From assembly GCF_001194135.2 (NCBI RefSeq), contig NC_068991.1, positions 59,928,402 through 59,992,401 on the forward strand: a stretch of 64,000 nt of DNA. Direction: 5' to 3'. A program made the translations under genes and the position numbers. Source of the stretch: Octopus bimaculoides. Taxonomy: Eukaryota. The notes beneath the pieces are model-generated. The model saw nothing but the letters and a program-made list of their open reading frames with translations. It did not search any database and was not told where the DNA came from. Below, one piece after another: positions 35,715 to 47,691 of the stretch (positions are counted from its first letter, which is position 1; each line of letters begins with the position of its first letter).

Positions 35715-37789
35715 CTGTTGAATAATGGTACAAAAGAAGCATATGAGAGAGAGAGAGGTGGGGGAGAAAGAGAGAGTGTGTATGTATGTGAAGGTGTGTA
35801 TGTGTTTAAAAGCTTTGGTAAATATTGGATTGGGATTTGATTGCCCACATTAAGTCCAGTGCAGGTCAATGGCTTCAGCATGTTCTCTCCACCAACCACA
35901 GTCTGAGGTGAAGGCCATGAATTTGAGCTTGAGATTATACTAGTTTGATGAGCTGACTTTGGCACACTGACCTGACATATAAGAAGTAATAGAGAGTATC
36001 ATCCTTCTCATTTAACATTTGTTTTCCCTGTTGTCATAAGTTGGATGATTTGACAGAATCCACAAAGCCACAGAACAGCACCAAGCTCCCATGTCAGCTC
36101 TGGTATGGTTTCCATGGCTGAATGCCCTTCCTAACACCAATCACTTTACAGTGTGTATTGAATTCTTTTTTTCATGCCATTAGCACTTGTGAGGTTGCCA
36201 AGTAACTGGTAAGGCAGGAAAAGGGACAAAACCCCATCAATTACGGGGGGGGGGGGCATGGCTTTATGCAATGTGCTAAGAGATTACAGTATGATAGAAG
36301 GACAAGCACAGGTGTCTTGCTGTAGAGAAGATACATGGTTACCCACATTATATACGGTTGGTATATATAAGTGTATGCTTGAGAAATTGAAACAGTAAGA
36401 ACTTGTGAGCATCAAAGAAATTCTATAAGTGTGTGTTCATACATACATGTGTGTGTGTGTGTGTGTTCTGTAATCCTCAACTCTCCTTCTTCCACATTTG
36501 ACAAAGACATTTTGCTAGAGACTTGATAGCTTGTACTCTACCACTCTACAAAAGGATTTTCACCTCGTGGTTGTATGGCAAAATACCAGAATACGATGGG
36601 CTAAATGAAGTGGAAATCACAATCTGCAGAAAACAGAACTAGTTTGTAAATCAGAGTTACACATTGCTCTCTCTCCCTCCCTCCCTCTCCCAAACACAAC
36701 AATTATTATTATTATTATTAACATTATCCTTTCAGGGTTGATAAAGTAAGTACCACACCAATTGAATACTGTGGTTGTTGTAATCGACTAACACTCTCCC
36801 CCCAAATTGCTGGCCTTGTGCCAAAATTTGAAACCATTATTATTATTAGGCAAGCTGAGGGTGGTGAGCTGGCAGAATTGATAGCATGCTGGGCAAAATG
36901 CTTAGTGGTATTTTGCCCGTTGCTACATTCTGAGTTCAAATTCCACTGAGATTGATTTTGCCTTTCATCCTTTTGGAGTCGATAAATTAAGTGCCAGTCA
37001 AGTACTGAGGCGGGGGTCAATAAATTAAGTACCAGTCAAATATTGGGGTCAATGTGATTGATTGTTCCCTTCCCCACAAAAATTCAGGTCTTGTGCCTAT
37101 AGTAGAAAGGATTATTATTAATAACCCTTTAGTATTCAGTTTATTGTCAAATGAAATGCTTATTTATTTACATCCTTTTGAATTATTCATGCATTATCTT
37201 GTAGCTTTGAGATTTCTATGATGTGATTGTTTACTTTTAATACAACATTGTAGGGTAGGCATGAGAGACCGGATCTAGCCAGTTTGAACACAGAACAATT
37301 AGAATATTTTGGCCAGTTTAAATGCTAATTACAATGAGGTCAATTTTTCCTTTCATCCCTCCCTGAGACGATAAAATAAAGTCCTAGTCAAATTCTGGGG
37401 TTCATATAATTCATTAGTCACATCTCTCAAAATTCAAGCCCTGTACCTATTAGTAGAAGAGATTGTTATTATTATTATTAAAACTATTACATGCTATATT
37501 AGTTAGCAGGGATGTTGTTTTGAAGTTTGGTGACAATGCATCTCCTTAAATCTCAAGAATCTTTCTCCATCAGTGTTAGGATTCTTGCAGAATATTGGAA
37601 TATATTTTTCTGCAAGCCCGCATTGCAAGTCTTAATTCCAATATCCTTCAGTCACTTAGGTAGCAATTTGAGTGTTGTGACAAGTGCACTATTTGTTATA
37701 GGAATAATTGTCAACATGACTATAATATTCCACATGGCTTATAGCATTATAAATACTTCCAGTTGGAAAGAAGAAACAAAATGAATTAC

Positions 37790-37971
37790 AGCACAAGTAG
37801 AAAGATATATTTTTTCAATGCGTAAATACTGAAAGAACAGCATATATAGTATAAAATCCTTACAGAGCAGAAAAATCTGTCAGCAACCAGTCATCTGGTA
37901 AGGATTTTATACTATATATGCTGCTCTATCAGTTTTTACATGTTGAAAATATATATCTTTCTGCTTGTACT
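37790..37971. repeat. 74-bp-arm inverted repeat, 34-nt loop
   Basis: 37790-37863 versus the reverse complement of 37898-37971. The inner 26 bp (CAGCATATATAGTATAAAATCCTTAC) are perfect. Confidence 0.9.
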
Positions 37972-38086
37972 ACAAGACATTTCAGTGCTTAAAAAAAACA
38001 AAAAAAAAAAAAAACAACTTATGTTTGTTTACATATGACATAAAATGAATTACATATTTTTTATATTGAAGGGTGATAGTCTCGCT

Positions 38087-38343
38087 TAGTGGTTCTCAAT
38101 TCGAGTCCACATGTTCCATGAAGGTCCATATAAGATTTAGTTATTAAAAATTATGTGTAGTAGATTGGTTATACTTCTACAATGCACAAAATATTTTAAC
38201 AACTTTTTAATATAATTCCTAATAATATTTAATTACAAACATTTTAGGATTTTTTAAGCTTTGAATGGTTATGAGGGTCTACACAAGAGAAATAGGGATC
38301 AAAGGGGTCCATAGGTAAAAAAAAAAATGGTTGAGAACCACTG
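38087..38343. mobile_element. hAT-Charlie-like MITE
   Basis: TIRs TAGTGGTTCTCAA / TTGAGAACCACTG. Degenerate TSD GTCTCGCT / GTCTAATT. Confidence 0.65.
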
Positions 38344-38652
38344 GTCTAATTAATGATGGAGCAATTATTTATAGGGTTAGATGTCCTGCCAGTTCAGGAA
38401 AGGAAACTACTCGTCAGTCAGGCAAAGAAAGAGATAAAAGCAGTAGTAAATTCTTAAACATCTTCATAATACAATGCCTAAGACCATGCAGTATTGTTGT
38501 TGATGGCATATAAAATGTACCTCAATTTCAGCAGTGCATATTGGAAGAGAAAGAGCATCAGGGACAAAATTAGCTTCTGGGAGATCCAACCTCACATATA
38601 GATCTCTCAGTGATTATTTTGGGACATTGTTTTGGAAAACAGTGCATATATT

Positions 38653-38894
38653 TGCCATCACAAACATCGTTTTAACGCCCACTTTTCCATGCTAGCATGG
38701 GTCAGATGCAATTTGGTGAAGAGAATTTTCTTTAACCAGATGCCCTTCCAGTCACCAATCTTCACAGTTGCTTCTTATATGCCATCACAAACATCGTTTT
38801 AACGTCCACTTTTCCACGCTAGCATGGGTCAGATGCAATTTGGTAGGAGAATTTTCTTTGGCCAGATGCCCTTCCAGTCACCAATCTTCAGAGT
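38653..38894. repeat. 127-bp-period tandem duplication of a SINE/LINE tail fragment
   Basis: tgccatcacaaacatcgttttaacg...ccagtcaccaatcttca occurs at 38653 and 38780. Confidence 0.85.
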
Positions 38895-39747
38895 TTCTGA
38901 CTAAGGTAACACTTCCCTACGATCAGAGATGTTTTCATGGAATACTGGAGATGAAGGACACCCACATGCAATACAATGATACTTGTTTACTAGTGTCATG
39001 TGATGTCAATGCAAAGGGACACTAACACACACACACTGTAACAACATACCATCTTAACTTGGTAATGGAACCATAAATTTACGAAGTTGACTAGTGACAG
39101 ACTTTGATTTTGGATTACCTGGAGTACAATACCAATCACAGGACTTGTTTGTTAGTCTGTTGTATTTGTAACTGCAGAGCTGATGAAGTATTTCTCCTGG
39201 ATTACTAATTCCTAATTAATCACTCTTTGTCTTGATATATACAAGCTTCTTTCAGTTTCCCTCCACTCATAAAGCTTTGATTGGCCCACAGTTATAGAAG
39301 ACATTTCCTTATCCAAGGTACTATGCAGTGGTATTGAACCCAGGGCCATATAGTTGGGAAGCACATTTTTTACCATACAGCAACGTCTGTTCCTGAATAC
39401 AGTAATTCAACAACCCAGTACCTTAACTCTTTAGCATTCACATTATTCTGTTAAAAGTATTGCTTATTTATTCATTGTTTTGAACTAACCATCCATTATC
39501 TTGTAGCTATGAGATTTTGATTTTAATTTTTTAGAATGACATTGTAGGTTAGTTGTGAGAAATCAGATTTGACCAGTTTGAAAGTAAAACAGGTAGAATA
39601 TTTTGGCCGGATATGGCTGTTTTAAATGCTAAAGGATTAATGCCGCATTCCCTTGTAACTCATTTAACAAAGAAAACAATCATAAAACCAATTACTAAAT
39701 TACCTAAGATAATGATGACAGCACTACATATAAATTCCATTACTTAC

Positions 39748-40050
39748 TCTAAAAGATCCAAGCTGTTTCATGACTTCATACTCAAGTTGTAAAATTTTCA
39801 ATTTCTTCTTCGTCTCTTCATCAAAGTTTTTAATTTTCTCTGCTGCACTTGCACTTGAATTTGCCTTCTGAGTGTCTTTAATGTCTGTAACTGATGGCGC
39901 TGGTAGCTGTGCACAAAGACGCACACCCGAAAGATGTTCAAGTGCATACTTTTTACTCCCTCTTGGAAGGGCTTGAAACATAAACTGCAATAGAGGACTA
40001 GTTCTGTTGCAATGCAATGACATCTGACTGAAAAGATACCTTAATGCCAT
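39748..40050 (-). CDS. TRMT10C: Mitochondrial tRNA m1R9 methyltransferase / RNase P protein 1, coding exon 1 (includes predicted mitochondrial transit peptide)
   Basis: ATG at 40050 lies just after a polypyrimidine/AG acceptor (40058-40060, or 40052-40054). The N-terminus is Arg/Ser/Leu-rich and acid-poor. Donor AGA|GTAAGT at 39747, phase 0. Confidence 0.85.
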
Positions 40051-40336
40051 TCTGTCACTGAGGAAGAAATGGAAAAAAAAAAAAAAAGAGAGGAAGAGAG
40101 AGCACAGTTATTGCTAGGAAAACAAACCCACACACAAGATAACAATGTAGGAGAAAACAATTCCTTTACAGAATAAACTTCCTAATTTGTGACACCGGCA
40201 CTCCGTCAGTTATGATGGCAAGGGTTTCAGTTGATCCGATCAACGGAAGAGTGCTTGTGAAATTGAAATGCAAGTGGCTGATCACTCCAGGCATGCGTAT
40301 CCTTAATGTTGTTCTGAGGGAGATTTAATGTGATAT

Positions 40337-40389
<53 letters not shown>

Positions 40390-40810
40390 NNNNNNNNNNN
40401 NNNNNNNNNNNNNNNNNNNNNNNNNNNNNNNNNNNNNNNNNNNNNNNNNNNNNNNNNNNNNNNNNNNNNNNNNNNNNNNNNNNNNNNNNNNNNNNNNNNN
40501 NNNNNNNNNNNNNNNNNNNNNNNNNNNNNNNNNNNNNNNNNNNNNNNNNNNNNNNNNNNNNNNNNNNNNNNNNNNNNNNNNNNNNNNNNNNNNNNNNNNN
40601 NNNNNNNNNNNNNNNNNNNNNNNNNNNNNNNNNNNNNNNNNNNNNNNNNNNNNNNNNNNNNNNNNNNNNNNNNNNNNNNNNNNNNNNNNNNNNNNNNNNN
40701 NNNNNNNNNNNNNNNNNNNNNNNNNNNNNNNNNNNNNNNNNNNNNNNNNNNNNNNNNNNNNNNNNNNNNNNNNNNNNNNNNNNNNNNNNNNNNNNNNNNN
40801 NNNNNNNNNN

Positions 40811-42600
40811 TGGCGGTCAGATACGTTGAATGCACTCGAAGAAACTTGTGGAAAAAAATTATTTCACAGCGAGGTACCAACGGTCCTTTACGAAATATTT
40901 ACCAATTTTTCTTTCTCGATCGTTGTATGAAATATAGGAATGCAAAAATGAAGGGGAAGTTTTTCCTTTTCCGATGAGATATGAACAACTATTCCCCAAT
41001 TTCACCAAGAAATAGACAATAATGAAAACAAACACGAGGACTGTTGTCTATCTCTCACTGTACACAACTCGGAGGAAAATCTATGACCAACCCGTCATAT
41101 ATCAGTCGAAACTGTCTCTCTATTAAAAGAGAATGGTGTGTTTTGAAGTGAATTTGACTGTTATTTCTAACAAGTTGTGCTGTCAGAAGATCCCTCTATG
41201 AGTAATGAAACCGAGTGGCAGAAGCATGGTAGCTGCAACTCTAAGAGTTTCTCTTTCTCATATCGTCCATTCTTTACACAAGGTCGACAGACTATTTCAA
41301 TGACATAGCTGAAGAATCGACTGTATTGACAAATATTTAATGTTATCAACCATCAATATTGAAAAAAAAAAAGATCGGAATCTATTAATATTTGCAGAAC
41401 ATGTTTATTCCGACTTGGATTTAAAACTTTTGTGAGATAACCGGAAAACGGTAAAGAAAGTCGCATGAAATAACCCATGAAAGGATCTTATAAACAATCC
41501 ATCAGCCGAAGCACTTAGCACCCTCTTTTGTCAGCTAATCTATTTCCAAATTAACTATACACATATCTAACATAAAATGTTAATGCGAAATCACCAACGG
41601 AATTAATAATGCAACTTTGTAATGTCATTAAACAGTTGTTATAAATCTATTATAACCGATTAAATCATTATTTCGTCTTATTCGTCCCTATATTGATAAG
41701 CACAAGAAACACCTGATAATATGTAAAACCAAGCTGCTTCTGAAATTTAGGGCGGGTAAGACATCAAATTTAAACATTCTTATTAAGGTATTTAAGTAGA
41801 CTCAAATATTTCCTCACCTGAAAGTTGTAGTTTACATTGAACCATGTGGAAATATTATTGAAGACCGCTTACAACATTAAACATTATGTCCAACGAGTTG
41901 ATGCTTCTCCTATTATTATTTTCTTTCTCTTTCATTCCACATCAAGGGTTCGATATTTAAAAAAAGAAAGGGTTATTTCTAACGACAGAGTAAATTAAGT
42001 ATAATTATTTTAATAGATTCTGTAGTGTAGCGCATTTTGCTAGGAATGTCATTCTTTTGTAAGATGATTCGTTTTAGAAAAGGAAAAAACGATATTTTCT
42101 CTTTCTAATGTAATGCAGTATCGGACCTCTTATTTAGCTTCCAAAAATCCGGGAAATACTGTACAATATACTGTACCCTGTATTGAGTAAAGCGAGCCTG
42201 TTTTTGAAGTTGCTTAATTTACATACAGTGTAATGAGATAGTTTTCTATTGAAGTGCTAACGATTAAACACACTCTGCTTTACAAGTGTATTAATTTGTA
42301 CTTGTATCTTTTAATAAAATCATGTTCTTAATTTTTCTTCATTTAATTTTCATCCTATTGACATTATACTATATACATGGTACAGTGTGATATATTTTAT
42401 CAATTCTAAATGGATTAATAAATATCAGACAGACCCAGCTTTAGATGTGTATTTGTTTGAATGTTGAATATAATTTAGTTTTTTTAGTTTTCATAATTTA
42501 TTTCAAGTATACGTTTAGACTATTTCCAGATAATTCAGAAATCCGGGATAATTTCGGTCTCCAGCGTACCAAATAATTGGTCAAATATAGTAAGAAAACA
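40811..42600. promoter_or_regulatory. Probable bidirectional promoter region for TRMT10C and TXNL4B
   Basis: Lies between the divergent 5' ends. CG dinucleotides are visibly more frequent than in the flanking introns and decayed SINEs are sparse. Strong donor motifs occur on both strands (41756 +, 41817 -). Confidence 0.55.
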
Positions 42601-42677
42601 ATTTGAGAAAAATACACCCCCAAAAATATATTTCATACACACAAACATTATTTATATATATATATATACATACACAC

Positions 42678-42716
<39 letters not shown>

Positions 42717-43518
42717 NNNNNNNNNNNNNNNNNNNNNNNNNNNNNNNNNNNNNNNNNNNNNNNNNNNNNNNNNNNNNNNNNNNNNNNNNNNNNNNNNNNN
42801 NNNNNNNNNNNNNNNNNNNNNNNNNNNNNNNNNNNNNNNNNNNNNNNNNNNNNNNNNNNNNNNNNNNNNNNNNNNNNNNNNNNNNNNNNNNNNNNNNNNN
42901 NNNNNNNNNNNNNNNNNNNNNNNNNNNNNNNNNNNNNNNNNNNNNNNNNNNNNNNNNNNNNNNNNNNNNNNNNNNNNNNNNNNNNNNNNNNNNNNNNNNN
43001 NNNNNNNNNNNNNNNNNNNNNNNNNNNNNNNNNNNNNNNNNNNNNNNNNNNNNNNNNNNNNNNNNNNNNNNNNNNNNNNNNNNNNNNNNNNNNNNNNNNN
43101 NNNNNNNNNNNNNNNNNNNNNNNNNNNNNNNNNNNNNNNNNNNNNNNNNNNNNNNNNNNNNNNNNNNNNNNNNNNNNNNNNNNNNNNNNNNNNNNNNNNN
43201 NNNNNNNNNNNNNNNNNNNNNNNNNNNNNNNNNNNNNNNNNNNNNNNNNNNNNNNNNNNNNNNNNNNNNNNNNNNNNNNNNNNNNNNNNNNNNNNNNNNN
43301 NNNNNNNNNNNNNNNNNNNNNNNNNNNNNNNNNNNNNNNNNNNNNNNNNNNNNNNNNNNNNNNNNNNNNNNNNNNNNNNNNNNNNNNNNNNNNNNNNNNN
43401 NNNNNNNNNNNNNNNNNNNNNNNNNNNNNNNNNNNNNNNNNNNNNNNNNNNNNNNNNNNNNNNNNNNNNNNNNNNNNNNNNNNNNNNNNNNNNNNNNNNN
43501 NNNNNNNNNNNNNNNNNT
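42717..43518. other. Assembly gap, probably hiding TXNL4B coding exon 1
   Basis: N run. No MS.LLP.L...LRFG-type exon was found in the sequenced DNA between 40811 and 44563. Other gaps lie at ~1945-2616, 4780-4916, 8475-8585, 33895-33911, 40390-40810 and 59210-59718. Confidence 0.6.
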
Positions 43519-43702
43519 TATCTTTCATTCTTTCGGGGTTCATAAAACAAGCAATACCCAAGTACTGAGGTCAATGAAATCGCATTTTCCCCTCCCTTGA
43601 AAATCACTGGCCTTTATTAGTTTCTTTTTTTACTCCATGTTCTTACTGTGTAATATTGTTTAAATTTATTATCTTTTCTCCTGAATTATCGCAAAAGATA
43701 AT

Positions 43703-43832
43703 GGTACTGCTTAAATACAGAGGTCCCGACGCAGCTATGTAACCCCAACCCTAAAATTAACCCCCTAATGATTGCATTGCAAAAACCTATCGTTATGTAG
43801 ATGCATCGGGACCTCTGTATTTAAGTAGTGCC
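43703..43832. mobile_element. 130-bp MITE with 41-bp TIRs and 8-bp TSD (Merlin-like)
   Basis: TIRs 43703-43743 and 43792-43832 (24-bp core TTAAATACAGAGGTCCCGA region near-identical). Perfect TSD AAGATAAT at 43695-43702 and 43833-43840. Termini GGTAC/GGCAC fit the GGNRM Merlin motif. Confidence 0.8.
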
Positions 43833-44563
43833 AAGATAATTTCCTTTTCTTTTGTCAGTCTGAATCTCATTTTTTCCAGTTTTTTGTATCCCACATTTTG
43901 AAACACTTGACATTCGCATTAAAAAAAAATCTTCTCTTCATTGAATCTTTCACGATTAAAATTAATGTCCCCTCCCAGCTACTTTTGCCTATTCGGCTGA
44001 CTTTCCGGGTTGCTCTCCTATATACCCTGGAATTTCTCCCTTTTTGTCGGGACTTTTCAAAATTATCTTTGTATCTCACCCTAACTAGAGCTAACAGTAT
44101 CAAAATAGCCGAAGTATCAACTGGTGTTTACATATTGTCGCTGCTAATTACGAAGGATAAGATGTTTTTTTTTTGTTAGTGGTAAAAGGCTTTTCAGCCT
44201 GTAGTCATTCTGTTTGGTAGAAATAACCAAATCACATTTTATTATCTCTACCCATTTCCATTTACTTTATTCTGTCTTCATGACATGTGTAGGGAAGCCT
44301 TTAAACAAAAGTCTTATTCGTATCGTATTATTTGTGTCCAGTTCTTCACATACAAAAGTCTTGACCATTTGTCGTTTTATATACCAGGAGTATAGAATAT
44401 AGTACTTCCCTTAGAATCTAAGTGAGGATTAACAAGAAAGGCATCTGGTTGTAGAAAACTCTGCCTCAACATTCTCTTGCCTGACTTATGCCAAGCATGG
44501 AAAAACGGATGTTTAAACAATGATGTTTTAATTTTTTTTTTCTTTTTCTATTTTTTCCCATAG

Positions 44564-44715
44564 TTTTCCAAAGTTATGGAAGCTCTGAGTAACATGGCTG
44601 TCTTCTATACTGTGGAAGTTGACAGTGTTCCAATATATGTTCATTACTTTGACATTACGTTGATACCGTCAACTATTTTCTTCTTTAATGCTCAACATAT
44701 CAAAGTTGATTGGGA
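44564..44715 (+). CDS. TXNL4B: Thioredoxin-like 4B (Dim2), second coding exon
   Basis: Acceptor ttttttcccatag|TTT. Translates FSKVMEALSNMAVFYTVEVDSVPIYVHYFDITLIPSTIFFFNAQHIKVDW, matching Dim1-family YFDI..IPST.FFFN.QH.KVD. 152 nt; donor GA|GTAAGT, phase 2. Confidence 0.92.
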
Positions 44716-45900
44716 GTAAGTTTAACTTGATTTTTTTGTTTGTTTTTAATTATTCTATTTTTGTTGCATTTAATCAGAAGGAAGGGTCAATGCCGATGAC
44801 CTTTCACAGATTTGTGAGATTGATGTGGTTGACGTTCAGCGAGTGTAGGAACAATGTAGGTTGGAAAGGAATTTTATGGTGGAAGCCTGAGAAGGGAGAC
44901 AGACTGAGTTATGAAATGAGGAAAGGCAGATGTGTCAGGTGGGGAGGATACATGAAGCTGACTTTGATGAGTAGTAGTAGTAGAGTTACTGAGGAGGCAA
45001 CACCTCTGTGAACTACATTGCTGCTAGTGTGAATTAGTGGGTTCTTGACAATAATGAGGATGGTCTTCTTTTGGATACAGTCTAAGATGTTTTTGTTTTT
45101 TAAAAGTACTTTCCCAGTTGTGGAAGCAGCATTGCATCATGGGTTTCACTCAAGCTTTGTAGAGTTTGAGCTGTTACTCAGGTTTGAAGTATATTCTGCA
45201 CTAAAGGAGAAGGTTAGGATTTGGAATGCTACTTTTTACCTTGTCATATATCTTTTTCAAATTGCTCAACCAAGTGGTAGCTCCCTCATTGATTCAGTTG
45301 GAGAATATTTCCGATGTCTTTGTTAGGCACAGGTGTTACTGTGTAATTAAGAAGTTTGCTTCCCAACCATGTGGGTTTTGGTTCAGTCCCACTGCATGGC
45401 ACCTTGGGTAAAGTGTCTTCTACTCTAGCCCCAAGCCAATCAAAGCCTTGTGAGTAGGTTTGGTAGATGGAAACTGAAAGAAACCCATTATGTGTATGTG
45501 TGTGACTCTTGTCTAGACATCATGTGATGGTTGTAAATGAGCATTAAAATCATACATGTAATGTTCGTTTTTAGCCTTCCGTGAGAAACTTGTCTCACTA
45601 TGGGAAAATATTTTGTTGCTTGGAAATGGAGGAGTTAGTGATAACTGTAGAGAATTTGTGCCTCAATAAATTCCATCTGGACCATGCAAGCATGGAAAAG
45701 TAGACATTGAATGATGATGTGGTTGGTAAGCAAAAGTCTTTGTAGTAAGAAGTTTGCTTCCCAACCACCAACCACATGCTTCCAGGTTCAGTCCAACTGC
45801 CTGACACCTTAGGCATGTATTTTCTACTATAAGACTGGTCTGACTAATGCCTTCTGAGTTGATTTGATTGACAGAAACTGAAAATAGCCTCTTACATATA

Positions 45901-46100
45901 TGAGGGAGTGCTGAAAAGTTCCTGACTTTAAGGGTACTGCAAAAGGCCTGGTTCTTTTACAGGGCTTAGAAAAAACTGGAGGACCATTGCAATAAGTGTA
46001 TGAATCTGAGAGGGGAATATCTTGAATAAAATCATAATTGACTGATCCTGCTGTATTTTATTTTATCCAAAGCCAGGAATTTTGCAGCCCCACCACCCAT
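45901..46100 (+). mobile_element. Mariner-derived MITE
   Basis: TA|TGAGGGAGTGCTGAAAAGTTCCTGACTTT ... AAAGCCAGGAATTTTGCAGC. The interior keeps the transposase C-terminus LEDHCNKCMNLRGEYLE* (45976-46029). Confidence 0.7.
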
Positions 46101-46461
46101 ATGTATAAATCTATATGTGTGTGTGCATGTATGTGTTATTGTCTCCTTGCCTTGACATAATGTGACTGTTGTAAACGAGCGTTACTGTCATTCATTCCAA
46201 TATTCTGTGAAGTCATTTCTGGCCATGGGGAAATATTACCTTGCTTGGAAATGTGAGGTTTAGTAATAGGAAGGGCATCTGGCCATTAAAAATCTGCTTC
46301 AATAAATTCTGCTTGACCCATGTGAGCATGGAAAAGTGGATGTTAAAATGAGGAGGAGGATTTTTATTCTTTATCATTACCATTTTTTGTCTTTTGCTTA
46401 TAATTTCCTCGCCTATTACTTTTATGTTTTTTTTTTCCATATATTATTTTCTACTTCCTAG

Positions 46462-46627
46462 AACACCAGATCACACCAAATTTGTTGGCAGTTTCAAGAC
46501 AAAACAGGACGTGATTGATGTGGTAGAAGTTATTTTTCGAGGAGCAATGAAAGGAAAACTAATTGTGAAAAGCCCCCTGGATCCTCGCAATGTACCTCGA
46601 TATGAGCTAATTTACAAAGACATATAA
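46462..46627 (+). CDS. TXNL4B: Thioredoxin-like 4B (Dim2), terminal coding exon
   Basis: Acceptor ctacttcctag|A. Peptide [54 protein letters not shown] has the TXNL4B-specific [15 protein letters not shown] rather than TXNL4A GTGNNNK. 166 nt. Confidence 0.95.
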
Positions 46628-46913
46628 TGTCATCCAGGTGAACCAACATCTGTTTCCATCTGTCCTTGGTCATCTTCAACACCAGTTCCTGGCAACCACT
46701 TTCATATCTCATGGCTCTGACATGATTAAGTTTGAAGATCAACATATATACAAGCATGGCTGTGTGGCTAGAAGCATGCTTCTCAATTATAAGATTCCAG
46801 GTTCAATCCCTCTGTGTGGCGCCTTGGGCAAATATCTTCAACTATAGTTCTGGGCCGACCAAAGCATTGTAAGTGGATCTGGTAAACAGAATCTGAAATA
46901 AGCCTGTCATATA

Positions 46914-47352
46914 TTAAGTGATTTAAGTTATAGAACAAAGTTCGACAAGTTCAATCATATTTTTAATCTATTTCACTATACAATTGTTTTGTACAGAAAA
47001 ACAAATTCATTTTAAGAATCTGAGTTGTTAAAGAGTATTCATCAGTAGCACAATAAGAAAATAATAATAATAATAAAGAAAAAAGGACTTTAGAATTACA
47101 TGGGTATGGTGTTCTAACTAATTTTTGTAATGTGTAATTGTTCTTGGAGTCATGTCTAAAATAGACGTAACTCTAAGAGCAATTACACATTGTTCAAATT
47201 CTTAGAATGAATTTATCTTTCTGTACGAAACGATTGTATAGCGAAATAAAAAAAATTTTTTTTATTCCATATTAACATCTAATCTCCTCCATTTACGAAA
47301 AATATGACTGAATTTGTCGAACGTCATTCTATAACTTGAATCATATACTTAA
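46914..47352. mobile_element. TA-flanked MITE with ~55-bp TIRs just downstream of the TXNL4B stop
   Basis: TTAAGTGATTTAAGTTATAGAACAAAGTTCGACAAGTTCAATCATATTTTT matches the reverse complement of ~47297-47352 with a few mismatches and a 4-bp indel. TA lies on both sides. Confidence 0.7.
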
Positions 47353-47645
47353 TATACTTACATAACCTTTCATATCTATGCCGATTTACATCAGTAAATT
47401 CAAAGTAAAGTATGAAGAATCATCTTAGAAATCTTATGGAAACTGCTCCAATTAAAGAATGAATCCACATTCAACCTTTTTTTAAAAAAAGAATGACTGT
47501 GTGGTAAGTAGCTTGCTTACCAACTACATGATTCTGGGCTCAATCCCATTGTGTGGCAACTTTGGGAAGTGTCTTCTGCTATAGTCTCAGGCTAGCCAAA
47601 GCCTTGTGAGTGGATTTGGTAGGCAGAAACTGAAAGAAGTCCATC

Positions 47646-47691
<46 letters not shown>

